64,000 nt of DNA from an uncultured bacterium (GTDB taxonomy: Bacteria > Krumholzibacteriota > Krumholzibacteriia > LZORAL124-64-63), in contig CAVSGO010000006.1 in assembly GCA_963727525.1 (NCBI GenBank), positions 146,828 to 210,827 on the forward strand, in the 5' to 3' direction. Made by a program: the position numbers and the translations under genes. Shown here piece by piece: positions 1 through 9,951 of the stretch. Every line of letters starts with the position of its first letter. The stretch's first letter is position 1. A model generated the notes under the pieces. The model was given only the letters and a program-made list of their open reading frames with translations, was not told the origin of the DNA and searched no databases.

Positions 1-451
1 GCGTGAGCATGCCGGCGAGGAACTTTTCCGTCGCCAGACTCGCCCGGAACGTGCGCTCGGCATGGCGCACGTTCGTGATCTCGGCGAGCGACCCGATCCA
101 GCCGCCTTGAGGGCCAGCGAGCGGCCGGCTGAGCCGATCCATCGTGACCTGGTACACGCGGGCGACACCCTCGGCATCCGTCGCCGTGAGTTCGCGTACC
201 CGGGTCCGCGGAGGATCGGGGCCGGGCGCAACGGCCAGGGCCGCGAGGGAGACCACGATGTCTGCGAGTGCGGCCGGCAACTCGTCCGGCTCCCGCCCGG
301 GAAAGAGCGCCGCGAAGGCATGGTTCTCGCGGTGCATCCGGCCGTCGTCGTCAATGACGAACACGGGCACGGGAAGGTCCAAGAGGGCCGGGTCGCGAAA
401 TACCGCACCCGATTCCAGGCGTACGCCGACTTCCATGTTCGTGTCCAACAC
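1..451 (-). CDS. PAS-domain sensor protein, N-terminal part (runs off the window edge)
   Basis: Manual translation of the minus strand is open from GTG451/ATG436 to base 1: MEVGVRLESGAVFRDPALLDLPVPVFVIDDDGRMHRENHAFAALF...GWIGSLAEITNVRHAE, a PAS-like pattern. GGAG lies upstream. Absent from the ORF track because it has no stop in the window. Confidence 0.6.
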   Translation of the reverse strand, partial: MLDTNMEVGVRLESGAVFRDPALLDLPVPVFVIDDDGRMHRENHAFAALFPGREPDELPAALADIVVSLAALAVAPGPDPPRTRVRELTATDAEGVARVYQVTMDRLSRPLAGPQGGWIGSLAEITNVRHAERTFRASLATEKFLAGMLT

Positions 452-675
452 GCCGATACTCCCGGACCGAGGCGTATCTGCCCGAGGTCATTCTCACCCC
501 GAGGGACAGGACTGCTTGACGCTTCGTGGTCCACCGGAATATCGGCGAATCCCCGCAACCCATGAGCCGTTTCTACGTCGAGCCTTTATCATGCGCGAGG
601 CGTCCCGTTGACGGCCCTGCCGACCTGTGGTCCCATGGCAGGCCTCGACCCCACTCTTTCCTGGAGGCGATCGCC

Positions 676-3600
676 TTGAAGTGCAGTCTCGCGCGCCGTC
701 TTGCCACTGGTCTGCTGGTATGCCTGGCCACCGTCGCGGCGCAGGCTGTTTCCGCGGGCCCCGCTGCCGATCACCCGGCGCAGCTCCTGCGCTACGCCGA
801 TGTCAGCGCGGATCGTATCGTGTTCACCTACGAGGACGATCTCTGGCTCGTGCCCATCGGTGGCGGCCAGGCCCGGCGCATCACCACCGGCCATGGCGCC
901 GAGGTGGGGGCCAAGTTCAGCCCCGACGGTCAGTGGCTCGCCTTCACCGGCAACTACGACGGCGGGTACGACGTGTACGTCATGCCCGCTCGCGGTGGCG
1001 TGCCTCGCCGGCTCACGTTCCATCCGGGCAACGATCAGGTGATCGGCTGGCACCCCGACGGCAAGCGCATCCTCTTCCGGTCCGGCCGCGAGCACCCGCT
1101 GGGCGTGTCCGAGTTCTTCCTCGTGTCCGTCGACGGCGGCCTGCCCGAGAAGGTGGCCGTGGACCGCGGTGCGCTGGGCAGCTACGCGCCCGACGGCACC
1201 AAGCTGGCCTACAACCGCATCGCCCGCGAGATGCGCACCTGGAAGCGCTACCGGGGCGGCATGGCGCAGGACGTGTGGATCGCCGACTTCAAGGCCGGTA
1301 CCTACGACAGGATCACCGACTGGACCGGCACCGACAGCTTTCCCATGTGGTGGGGCGACAGCATCTTCTTCATGAGCGACCGCGAGGACGGCACGCTCAA
1401 TCTCTACGCCTACGACACGACGGCCCGTGCCACGCGACGGCTCACGCAGTACAGGACCTACGATGTCAAGTACCCCTCACTGGGCGCGGGCAAGATCGTC
1501 TACCAGCTCGGCGGCGATCTGCACCTCTACGACATCGCCAGCGGCGCCGACGTGACGGTGGACATCGATGTCAGCAGCGACCGTGTGCCCATGCGACCCG
1601 AGCTGGTGAACGTGGACCCGAACACCGGCAGCTTCGCGCTCTCGCCGGCCGGCGAGCGTCTCTTGCTGGAGGACCGCGGCGAGATCCTCAACGTGCCTGT
1701 GGAAGACGGCGCCTGGTTCAACGTCTCCCACACCAGTGCCAGCCGCGAGAAGAATGCGGTGTGGTCGCCCGATGGCCGCTGGATCTGTTTCGTCAGCGAC
1801 CGCACCGGCGAGGACCAGCTCTACCTCGCCGACCAGCGCGGCCGCGAAGACTGGACGCAGCTCACGCACCACGACCAGGGCTTGATCCTGCCGGCGGTGT
1901 GGTCGCCCGACTCCAGGCACATCCTCTTCGGCGACAAGTTCATGCGCCTGAACCTGGTGGACGTGCCCGGCGGCAAGACCACCGTCGTCGACCAGGGTAA
2001 GTGGGACGACGCCTGGGAACGCTGGGGCATCCTCGACCACGTGTGGTCGCCCGACAGCAAGTGGGTGGCCTACAGCAAGCAGACCGAGAACATGAACGAG
2101 GTGATCTGCCTCTACAGCCTGGACAGCGGCAAGGTCACCCAGCTCACCGACAACTTCACCGAGGCCTGGTCGCCCGGTTTCGCTCCCGACGGCCGCACCC
2201 TCTGGTTCCTCAGCAACCGCACCTTCAACCCCATCATGGGCCGCCAGGACCAGAACGACGTGTTCCTCGACATGGCCCTGCCCTATGTGGTGCTGCTGCA
2301 GGCCGACGCGCGCTCGCCGTTCTTCGCGGACGAGGGGTTGGTCGAGGCGAAGGCCGAGGATTCCGCGAAGGACAAGAAGGACAAGGAGGATAAGAAGGAC
2401 GAGAAGGCCGCCGCCGCCACGCCCATCGATCTCGACGGCATCGGCGACCGCATCGTCGCCGCGGAGGGCGTGAAGCCCGGCAACTACTTCCGGCTCGAAG
2501 CCACGGACGACGGCTGCCTCATGCTGCGCCGCGACGATCTGGTCTTCAACAAGTACCAGAACGTGGACGACCGCACGAGCGATGACGACCTCACCCTCGT
2601 GTCCTACGACACGAAGGAGAAGGAGACGAAGGACCTCGCGAGCGGTCTCTCCAACTACCACCGCAGTGCTGACGCCAAGAAGCTGGTCTACCGCGCCGGC
2701 GGCCGCTACGGCGTGGTGGACGCCGGCAAGACCTTCAAGGTGGGCGACGGCAAGGTGTCGCTGGGCGGCTTGAACATCCTGGTGAATCGCGACGAGGAGT
2801 ATCGCCAGATCTTCTGGGAAGCCTGGCGCATCGAGCGCGACTTCTTCTACGACAAGAACCTGCACGGCGTGGACTGGAAGAAGATCGGCGACAAGTACGC
2901 CACCTTCCTGCCCTGGTGCGGCACCCGCGGCGATCTCACCTACCTCATTGGCGAGATGATCTCGGAGCTGAACATCGGCCATACCTATGTCTACGGCGGC
3001 GATTACCAGCGCGACGGTGCGCGTCCCGACACCGGCCTGCTGGGCTGCGACTTCGCGCTCGACGCGAAGAGTGGCCGTTATCGCATCGCCCGCATCCTGC
3101 CCGGCCGTAACTGGGATCCGCGCGCGCGCTCGCCCCTGGCCGAACCGGGCGTGGACGTGCACGAGGGCGATGTCCTGCTCGCGGTCGACGGCGTCGCCCT
3201 GAAGGCGCCGACCAATCCGTACGCGCTCCTCGCCGACAAGGTCTCCAACCCGGTGGAGCTGACGGTGGCCGCGAACGCCGACGGCAAGGACACGCGCACC
3301 GTGCTCGTGACGCCGCTGCGCAGTGAGCGCTCCCTGCGCTACCGCGCCTGGGTGGAAGCCAACCGCAAGTACGTGGACGAGAAGACGGACGGGCAGATCG
3401 GCTACCTGCACCTGCCCAACATGACGGAGCCCGGCCTCATCGAGTTCGGTGCCTACTGGTACCCGCAGTTCGCGAAGAAAGCCTTCATCATCGACGAACG
3501 CTACAACGGCGGCGGATTCGTGGGCGACATGATCATCGACCGCCTCGAACGCAAGCTGTGGGCGCTGACGAAGCCGCGCGAGGGCGGCCCCGGCCGCAAC

Positions 3601-4023
3601 CCCGAGCGCGCCTTCCATGGCCCCATGGTCGTGCTCATCAACGAGAACACGGGCAGCAACGGCGAGTTCTTCGCCGAGGCCATCAAGCTCAAGCAGATCG
3701 CCCCGCTCATCGGCATGCGCACCTGGGGTGGCGCCATCGGCATCGAACCCCATGAGGACCTCGTGGACGGCGGCACCACCACCCCGCCCCAGTTCGGCCT
3801 CTACGGCCTGAACGGCCAGTGGCTCATCGAGGGCCACGGTGTCGACCCCGACATCGAGGTCCAGAATGCCCCCGCCCACGTGCTTGCCGGCCAGGACGAC
3901 CAGCTCGACCGCGCCATCGCCGAGCTGCAGGGACGCCTGCAACGCGATGGGACGCAGTGGGCGTTGCCGGCGGTGCCGGCATACCCGGACAAGAGCAAGC
4001 CGGGGGAGAGCGTAAGGAAGTAG
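676..4023 (+). CDS. Tricorn protease homolog (S41 family), secreted
   Basis: GGAGG (663-667) then in-frame TTG676; signal peptide; PD40/beta-propeller repeats (FSPDG, WSPD); LNIGHTY (His), PDZ region, IIDERYNGGG, NENTGSNGE (Ser), GVDPDIEV. Confidence 0.95.
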   Translation: MKCSLARRLATGLLVCLATVAAQAVSAGPAADHPAQLLRYADVSADRIVFTYEDDLWLVPIGGGQARRITTGHGAEVGAKFSPDGQWLAFTGNYDGGYDVYVMPARGGVPRRLTFHPGNDQVIGWHPDGKRILFRSGREHPLGVSEFFLVSVDGGLPEKVAVDRGALGSYAPDGTKLAYNRIAREMRTWKRYRGGMAQDVWIADFKAGTYDRITDWTGTDSFPMWWGDSIFFMSDREDGTLNLYAYDTTARATRRLTQYRTYDVKYPSLGAGKIVYQLGGDLHLYDIASGADVTVDIDVSSDRVPMRPELVNVDPNTGSFALSPAGERLLLEDRGEILNVPVEDGAWFNVSHTSASREKNAVWSPDGRWICFVSDRTGEDQLYLADQRGREDWTQLTHHDQGLILPAVWSPDSRHILFGDKFMRLNLVDVPGGKTTVVDQGKWDDAWERWGILDHVWSPDSKWVAYSKQTENMNEVICLYSLDSGKVTQLTDNFTEAWSPGFAPDGRTLWFLSNRTFNPIMGRQDQNDVFLDMALPYVVLLQADARSPFFADEGLVEAKAEDSAKDKKDKEDKKDEKAAAATPIDLDGIGDRIVAAEGVKPGNYFRLEATDDGCLMLRRDDLVFNKYQNVDDRTSDDDLTLVSYDTKEKETKDLASGLSNYHRSADAKKLVYRAGGRYGVVDAGKTFKVGDGKVSLGGLNILVNRDEEYRQIFWEAWRIERDFFYDKNLHGVDWKKIGDKYATFLPWCGTRGDLTYLIGEMISELNIGHTYVYGGDYQRDGARPDTGLLGCDFALDAKSGRYRIARILPGRNWDPRARSPLAEPGVDVHEGDVLLAVDGVALKAPTNPYALLADKVSNPVELTVAANADGKDTRTVLVTPLRSERSLRYRAWVEANRKYVDEKTDGQIGYLHLPNMTEPGLIEFGAYWYPQFAKKAFIIDERYNGGGFVGDMIIDRLERKLWALTKPREGGPGRNPERAFHGPMVVLINENTGSNGEFFAEAIKLKQIAPLIGMRTWGGAIGIEPHEDLVDGGTTTPPQFGLYGLNGQWLIEGHGVDPDIEVQNAPAHVLAGQDDQLDRAIAELQGRLQRDGTQWALPAVPAYPDKSKPGESVRK

Positions 4024-4050
4024 GATGGGCGCGGTGGCGCCGACTTGTGG

Positions 4051-4098
4051 GGCTTCCCGGGGCGAACGTGGAAATCGGCGTCTTGGGAAGCCTCTTTT
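4051..4098 (+). terminator. Probable intrinsic terminator after the tricorn gene
   Basis: GGCTTCCC (4051-4058) pairs with GGGAAGCC (4085-4092), extendable by G-U pairs, followed by TCTTTT. Confidence 0.5.
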
Positions 4099-4249
4099 CG
4101 TCGGTATTGTGTTGCAACTGCAACGCTGTCGTCACAACGCAACTTTGCAAATGCAGCCATTGGGGACGGTCATGTCTCGAACCAACGACCCAGGAACCTG
4201 AGCGTTCGTCCGTCGAGGACCGGTGACTATTTTCAGCGCCACCGGAGCA

Positions 4250-5011
4250 AATCGTAGTCAATAGATCCATTTCTCGCCGACTCATCACCATGATCTTCCC
4301 GGTGGCGTGGACATCCCCCGACTCCACGCGTACCAGGCAGATCCCGGCGACCACCGGCCTCCCGCGCCGGTCGTTGGTGTCCCAAACGAGCTGGTGCGGT
4401 CCGGCGCCGAGCGGCACATCGACGAGGGAGCGCAGGCGATGACCGGCCGCGTCGTAGATGGACACGCGTGTCGGCGCGCCGTTGGCGAGGCCGAAGTCAA
4501 TCGTCGTACGGCCGGTGGTCGGATTGGGGAACGCCGAGATGATGGGCAGTCCGGTCGGATTCAGTGCCACGCCGCCGTCCTCGACTCCGACTTCCCCGCC
4601 TGTCGTGTAGAAGCGTGCCAGCGCCCGGGCCTTGAACCCGTTCCAGCTGTCATAGCCCGTTGCGATGATCTTACCGTCGTCTCACCGCTCGGCCAGTGAC
4701 AGGGGTTGGGGAAGCAGGTCGGCGGACCGCCGTGCTGCGGCAGCTGCAGCATCGCGAAGACGGTGTGCCCGGCGATCTGACGGCTGCCCGCCGCGTAGAT
4801 CGAGTTGCCCGCACCCAGTGTGAGCGTGTTCAGGTAGTCGGTGCCGCCGAAATCGTAGGTGCGCATGCCGGACCCGCCAAAGGCGCTGCCGAACGAGGGA
4901 TCGAGACCCCGGGTTGGCGTGAACCTTGAGGCACCATGAGGTCCGCAACGCCACGTACGCCAGTATCACGGGGACGTGACGGAGTTTCCGCGCATCGTGG
5001 TGTGTCTTCAT
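4250..5011 (-). pseudogene. Frameshifted secreted delta-60-repeat protein with FlgD-Ig-like C-terminal domain
   Basis: Three fragments: MKTHH...VHANPG (ATG5011 with RBS); shifted frame LDPSFG...YDFGGTDYLNTLTLGAGNSIYAAG; then, after TGA 4684-4682, DDGKIIATG...ALARFY followed by FPNPTTGRTTIDFGL...IYDAAGHRLRSLV...GKIMVM. Confidence 0.7.
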
Positions 5012-5142
5012 GACATACCGCTCCCATTCATCGCTGGTACCGGCGATGTCCGTGCACCTGGCGGCCCGCGCGGCGAACACGTTCGTGCGTCGGCATGCCG
5101 GATCCGGTACCATGTGCCGATCCCACACGGCGGAGGCGTCCC

Positions 5143-5754
5143 ATGACCCAGGAGGGCCGCGGGGGGGCGACTGGCGGCGGACCCACGCCACCCGCACGCA
5201 CGCTCATCACGATCGAGCTTCTCGACCGCGCCAAGCAGGGCGACCTGCAGGCCCTGGCGCGGATCATGGAGCGCTACTCCCCGCGCCTGCGGCGCTGGGC
5301 GCGCGGTCGGTTGCCGGCGTACGCCCGATCGCTCTTCGACACGTCGGATCTCGTGCAGGAGACGCTGGCGCGCACACTCCAGGGGCTGGATCGTGTCGAG
5401 GTCCGGGGGCGCGGGGGCTTCGAGGCCTACGTCCGGCAGGCCATTCTCAACGGCATCAAGGACCAGATCCGGCGCGCCCGCGTCCGGCGTGATCCGGAGG
5501 ACCTTTCCACCGACCTCGTCGACGCGGCGCCGTCGCCGCTCGAGGACGCCATCGGCGCCGATCTGCTGGGACGCTTCGAGCGGGGCATGGCCGCCCTCGA
5601 GCCGGACGACCGCTGCCTCCTGCATCTGCGCCTCGAACTCGAGTTCGACTACGACGAGATCGCGGCCATCACGGACCGCCCGAGCCGCGACGCCGCCCGC
5701 ATGGCGTTCCAGCGCGCGCTCGGGCGCCTTGCGAAGGTGATGGGCCATGCCTGA
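5143..5754 (+). CDS. ECF RNA polymerase sigma factor (kinase-associated type)
   Basis: GGAGG then ATG5143; sigma2 (GDLQALARIMERY, DTSDLVQETL) and sigma4 (YDEIAAITDRPSRDAARMAFQRA); stop overlaps the kinase start. Confidence 0.92.
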   Translation: MTQEGRGGATGGGPTPPARTLITIELLDRAKQGDLQALARIMERYSPRLRRWARGRLPAYARSLFDTSDLVQETLARTLQGLDRVEVRGRGGFEAYVRQAILNGIKDQIRRARVRRDPEDLSTDLVDAAPSPLEDAIGADLLGRFERGMAALEPDDRCLLHLRLELEFDYDEIAAITDRPSRDAARMAFQRALGRLAKVMGHA

Positions 5755-8611
5755 CGACCGGGCGATCGAGGCATTGATCGCCCGCATGGCGCGGGGCGAG
5801 CCCGTCGACTGGGACGACGCGCGGCAGAGCATCGCGAGCGACGAGGGTCGTGCCCATCTCGACGCCCTGCGCGGGATTTCCCGGATCGCGGCCTTCAACC
5901 ACGACCAGTGGGACCACTTCGCGCTCCTGCTCGAACGCGCCCGCGGGCTGGACCCGATCCAGCGCGAAGCCTGGTTGCGCGATCTGGATGGCGCGGACGC
6001 TGCCGACGTGCGTCACGCGCTGGGCGAACACGTGGAACCGACATCGGCCATGCCAGACCCGCCGCATGGGGCCGACGCGGACCTCCTGGCCGGCCAGGTC
6101 ATCGGTGCCTACACCCTCGACGCGTCGCTCGGCGAGGGGGGCATGGGCACGGTCTGGCTCGCGCACCGCAGCGACGGGCGCTTCGAGGGGCAGGTCGCCG
6201 TCAAGCTCCTGCACTTGCCGCGTGTGAGCCGCGACGGGCTGGCGCGGTTCCAGCGCGAGGGTCAGCTGCTGGCGCGCCTGCGCCACGCCAACATCGCCCA
6301 GCTCCTGGACGCCGGCGTGACGCCGCACGGGCAGCCGTACCTCGTGCTCGAGTACGTCGACGGCGAGCCCATCGACCGATACTGCGCCGCGCACGCGCTC
6401 GACGTGCGCGCGCGGATCCGCCTGTTCCTCGCCGTCCTCGCGGCGGTGGCGCACTCGCAGGCCAACCTCGTCGTCCATCGCGATCTCAAGCCGTCGAACA
6501 TCCTCGTCGACCGCGCGGGCACCGTGAAGCTGCTCGACTTCGGCGTCGGCAAGCTCCTAGCCGACGGCGACGCCGAGGCGACGGACACCGAGCTGACGCG
6601 CAGCGCCGGGCGGGCGCTCACGCCCGAGTTTGCGGCGCCGGAGCAGCTCCTCGGCGAGCCCGTGACGACGGCGACCGACGTCTTCGCCGCCGGCGTCGTG
6701 CTCTACCTGCTGCTCACCGGCGTTCACCCCCACGGCGACGCGCAGGGGTCGCCGCTGCCGCGCCTGCGGGGTATCCTCGAAGCGACGCCCCGGCCGGCGA
6801 GCGAGGCGGTGGACAGCGCCTCGCGCCGCCGCCATGAGCTGCAGGGCGACCTGGACAACATCCTGGCCATGGCGTTGCGCAAGGATCCTCGCGATCGCTA
6901 CGCCAACGCGGCCGCCTTCGCCGCCGATCTGCGGCGCTACCTCGAGCAGGAGCCAGTGGCGGCCCGTGCCGATACGATCCGCTACCGGGTCGGCAAATTC
7001 GTGCGCCGCAATCGCGCGGCAGTGGCCGGCGTCAGCGCGGCGATGATCGTGCTCGCCGGCCTGACGCTGTTCTCCCTCGTGGAGCTGCGGGAGGTGCGCC
7101 GCCAGCGCGATGCGGTGCAGGCGCAGATGCAGCGCGCGGAAGGCTTCAACACCGTCGTCACCAGCTTGCTCTCGCAGGTCGGGCCGGGCGGCCGGGCGCT
7201 GTCGCCCGGGGAACTGCTCGACCGCGCCGTCGGCGAGGTGCAGGCGCGGTACGCCGACGATCCGGCCTTCCTCGTCGACATGCTGATCCGGCTCTCCGGT
7301 CGGTACTTCGATCTCGGGGACCACCGGAAGGAGTACACGACGCTCGTGCAGGCGGAGTCGGTGGCGCGGCGGGCGAACGACCCGCGCCTGATCTTCCTGG
7401 TGCAGATCAACACGGTCGAGACGGAGCTCTACCTGGGGCGACGCGAGGCCGCCACGCGGCGCATCGAGGAGGCGCGCCACCTGTTGCCCGGATTGCATCC
7501 CCGGCCGCTGCTCGACGCCTACCTGCGGGCCGAGGCCGAGGTGGCGTGGCAGAACGGCGACGCGCCGGGGGCCATCGCCTACCTCGAGCGCGCCCGCCAC
7601 GAGCTGGAAGCGGACGACGACACGCACGGCAACGCGTACGCCGGACTGCTGAGCGTGCTGCGCCTGTATCACGCGCTCGTGGGCGACCTGCGCGAGGCGC
7701 ACCGGCTGGCGCAGGCGATGGTCGCGTTGCACGAGCGGCATCACCGCGAAACGTCGGCGGCTGGGACGATCTCCCGCGTCGTCCTCGCGATGAGCGACTA
7801 CGACATCGGCGAGGTCACGCTCGCCCGCCGCCTGTATCGGGACACGCTTCCCGAGGTGGACGACCCGCAGGAGGCGCGATCCGGGACGTGGGTCACCTCG
7901 CACTGGATCTACGGCGAGATGCTGAGCCGGCTGGGACGCCACGACGAGGCCCTGCCCCTGATCCACGCCGCGATCGCGGGGTTGCGGCGCGGCGGCAACC
8001 ACCAGAACGAGACGCGCGCGCGCCTGGCCCTCGCGCGCGCGCAGTTCCGCGCCGCGCGGTTGCCGGAGGCGCAGGCGACGCTCGACACGACCCTCGCCGG
8101 CATCGCCGACGACGGCCCCGCCCGCCGGATCTGGCTCATCGAGGCCGACCGGCTCCAGGCCGAGGTACACCTGGCCGAGCACCATCTCGACCGCGCCGCG
8201 GACGAGGCGCAGCGGGCGCTGGCCCTGATCGGAGGTGCCGACCAGCCGAACGGCCCGCGCCTCGGCCCGACGCTGCTGACGCTCGCCGGCATCCAGCTCG
8301 CCCGGAACGATATCGCGTCGGCACGTACGTCGGCCCTCGCCGCCGCCCGGGTCTTCACCCATGCGTGCGAGGATCCTGCGCGGAGTGCCGACCTCGGCGA
8401 AGCGATGCTCGTCGCCGCTCGCTGCGCGGCGGCGGCCGGCGACCGGGCGCAGGCGCGTCGGGACGTGGCGATCGCCGCCCCGGCCCTCGCCAGCGGTCTG
8501 GGCGAGGATCACCAGCTCACACGCGCGGCCCACGATCTCGCGGACGCCCTCGCGGCGGACGACGTGATGGGGGCGCCGGCGGCCGTCCAGCCGGCCGGAC
8601 ATGATCACTAG
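5747..8611 (+). CDS. Membrane Hanks-type Ser/Thr kinase with C-terminal TPR-like domain
   Basis: GEGGMGTV, VAVK, HRDLKPSN, DFG, APE; one TM (AVAGVSAAMIVLAGLTLFSLV); Ala/Leu-rich helical repeats after it. Confidence 0.95.
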   Translation: MPDDRAIEALIARMARGEPVDWDDARQSIASDEGRAHLDALRGISRIAAFNHDQWDHFALLLERARGLDPIQREAWLRDLDGADAADVRHALGEHVEPTSAMPDPPHGADADLLAGQVIGAYTLDASLGEGGMGTVWLAHRSDGRFEGQVAVKLLHLPRVSRDGLARFQREGQLLARLRHANIAQLLDAGVTPHGQPYLVLEYVDGEPIDRYCAAHALDVRARIRLFLAVLAAVAHSQANLVVHRDLKPSNILVDRAGTVKLLDFGVGKLLADGDAEATDTELTRSAGRALTPEFAAPEQLLGEPVTTATDVFAAGVVLYLLLTGVHPHGDAQGSPLPRLRGILEATPRPASEAVDSASRRRHELQGDLDNILAMALRKDPRDRYANAAAFAADLRRYLEQEPVAARADTIRYRVGKFVRRNRAAVAGVSAAMIVLAGLTLFSLVELREVRRQRDAVQAQMQRAEGFNTVVTSLLSQVGPGGRALSPGELLDRAVGEVQARYADDPAFLVDMLIRLSGRYFDLGDHRKEYTTLVQAESVARRANDPRLIFLVQINTVETELYLGRREAATRRIEEARHLLPGLHPRPLLDAYLRAEAEVAWQNGDAPGAIAYLERARHELEADDDTHGNAYAGLLSVLRLYHALVGDLREAHRLAQAMVALHERHHRETSAAGTISRVVLAMSDYDIGEVTLARRLYRDTLPEVDDPQEARSGTWVTSHWIYGEMLSRLGRHDEALPLIHAAIAGLRRGGNHQNETRARLALARAQFRAARLPEAQATLDTTLAGIADDGPARRIWLIEADRLQAEVHLAEHHLDRAADEAQRALALIGGADQPNGPRLGPTLLTLAGIQLARNDIASARTSALAAARVFTHACEDPARSADLGEAMLVAARCAAAAGDRAQARRDVAIAAPALASGLGEDHQLTRAAHDLADALAADDVMGAPAAVQPAGHDH

Positions 8612-8722
8612 CTGTGGCGTGGCGACTTGCGGCGGCGCCGTGAGCCGCCCGGGTTGTCACGGGAACTCCTTGCCGCTAGACTCGTTCACCACGGTCGATC
8701 CTTGCCGAAACCGGAGGCATCC

Positions 8723-9793
8723 ATGCGCCGCATTCTCGTCGCCCTGTCCCTCGCCATGCTCGCGCTGACCTCGGCAACCGCCGTCCGGGCGGCCGGACTC
8801 TGGGATCTCTACCAGCAGAAGCATTACCAGCAGTGCCTCGACCAGGCGACGTTGCGGGTGCGCGAGCATCCCGACAGTCGCGATCTCAACCACCTGATCG
8901 GGCGCTGTCTCGTGGAGCTGGGGCGGCCGCAGGAGGCGCGACCGTACCTCGAGAAGGTGCTCGGGGCCGATGGTATGCGCGACTGGCGGACGTACTGGTC
9001 GCTCTACTACCTCGGGCTCTGCGACTGGTTCGCCGGCGATCGCGACGCGGCGAAGGCCAAGTGGCTCAAGGGGCGCGATGATCCCCAGATGACTGATATC
9101 GCCCAGCACTGCGACGGTCAGCTCAAGCTCAGCGGCATGTCGGAAGACTACGACGGCTGGCCCACCGTCGCGGGCGATCATGTGTTCTGCCGGGTGTCGC
9201 CACATCTGAAGGATTTCGACCCCGCGGCGTATGTGAAGGAGGCCGACGCCACGTGCGAGCGCCTGGCCACGTTCTTCGGGGAAGCTCCGTCACGCGTGAT
9301 CGACATCATCGTGTGGCAGGATGTGCCCGAGGCCAAGGCGATCGCGGGTATCGGCGCCCTCGGCTACGCGCGCCCCGACCTCGCCGTGGTCCACACGATG
9401 GCAGGGACGTCCTGCGGCCGTCAGCTCGCGGAGGTCTTCAACGTCTGGGCGAACCGCGGCGCGCCCCAGGTGGCGTTGATCGACGTGGGCGTGGCTGCGT
9501 ACTGCGATGGCGCCGGCGCCAGCCGCGACGCGGCGCGCGATGCGCTGAAGGCCGCCGACATCTCCGAATTCGATCTGACCCTCTGGTGGCAGGACATGGT
9601 GCGCGTCCCCGCACCGGCATTCGACGCCGTGGCGGGCGCGTGGGTGGCCACCCTGATCGACCGTGGGGGCATGGACAAGTTACATCAACTCCTGCGCGAG
9701 CCCACCTACGTGAAAGCCCGCGACATCTACGGCGCCGCCCTGCTGAGCACATACGTATCCGAGTTCACGCACGCAGTGCTCAAACCATCCTGA
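8723..9793 (+). CDS. Secreted TPR protein with degenerate peptidase MA-like domain
   Basis: GGAGG then ATG8723; signal peptide MRRILVALS...VRA; TPR-like helices (LNHLIGRCLVELGRPQEARPYLEK; YYLGLCDW); the C-terminal domain lacks HExxH. Confidence 0.6.
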   Translation: MRRILVALSLAMLALTSATAVRAAGLWDLYQQKHYQQCLDQATLRVREHPDSRDLNHLIGRCLVELGRPQEARPYLEKVLGADGMRDWRTYWSLYYLGLCDWFAGDRDAAKAKWLKGRDDPQMTDIAQHCDGQLKLSGMSEDYDGWPTVAGDHVFCRVSPHLKDFDPAAYVKEADATCERLATFFGEAPSRVIDIIVWQDVPEAKAIAGIGALGYARPDLAVVHTMAGTSCGRQLAEVFNVWANRGAPQVALIDVGVAAYCDGAGASRDAARDALKAADISEFDLTLWWQDMVRVPAPAFDAVAGAWVATLIDRGGMDKLHQLLREPTYVKARDIYGAALLSTYVSEFTHAVLKPS

Positions 9794-9951
9794 CCCCCAG
9801 CAATCGCGCCGCCGGTGAGGTGCGAGGGGCGCAACGGCAATACCGGCGCGACGCGGGGCAAGTTCGCGTATCCTGCCCGAAGCCGATTCGCGTATACTGT
9901 GGACAGCTTGATCGCGAACGCTCCACCCCACGGCCTGGAGGCACCGTTTCC

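Noticed and set aside
2360-2410. KDKKDKEDKKDEK low-complexity repeat
   Set aside because: A charged linker typical of tricorn-like proteases.
1477-3942. 821-aa minus-strand ORF, and similar long shadow ORFs (6557..8608, 25243..28707, 35118..37130, 44899..47136, 56810..58159)
   Set aside because: They are antisense or alternate-frame to well-supported genes, show no motifs, and are expected in high-GC DNA.
3824-4570. 248-aa ORF as an intact gene
   Set aside because: Only the first ~97 aa (FlgD-like) are meaningful; the rest is read-through into the terminator and tricorn antisense. Treated as a pseudogene fragment.
5029-5048. Near-perfect 20-bp palindrome CATCGCTGGTACCGGCGATG
   Set aside because: Single copy, GC-rich and no recognisable consensus; operator versus chance cannot be distinguished.
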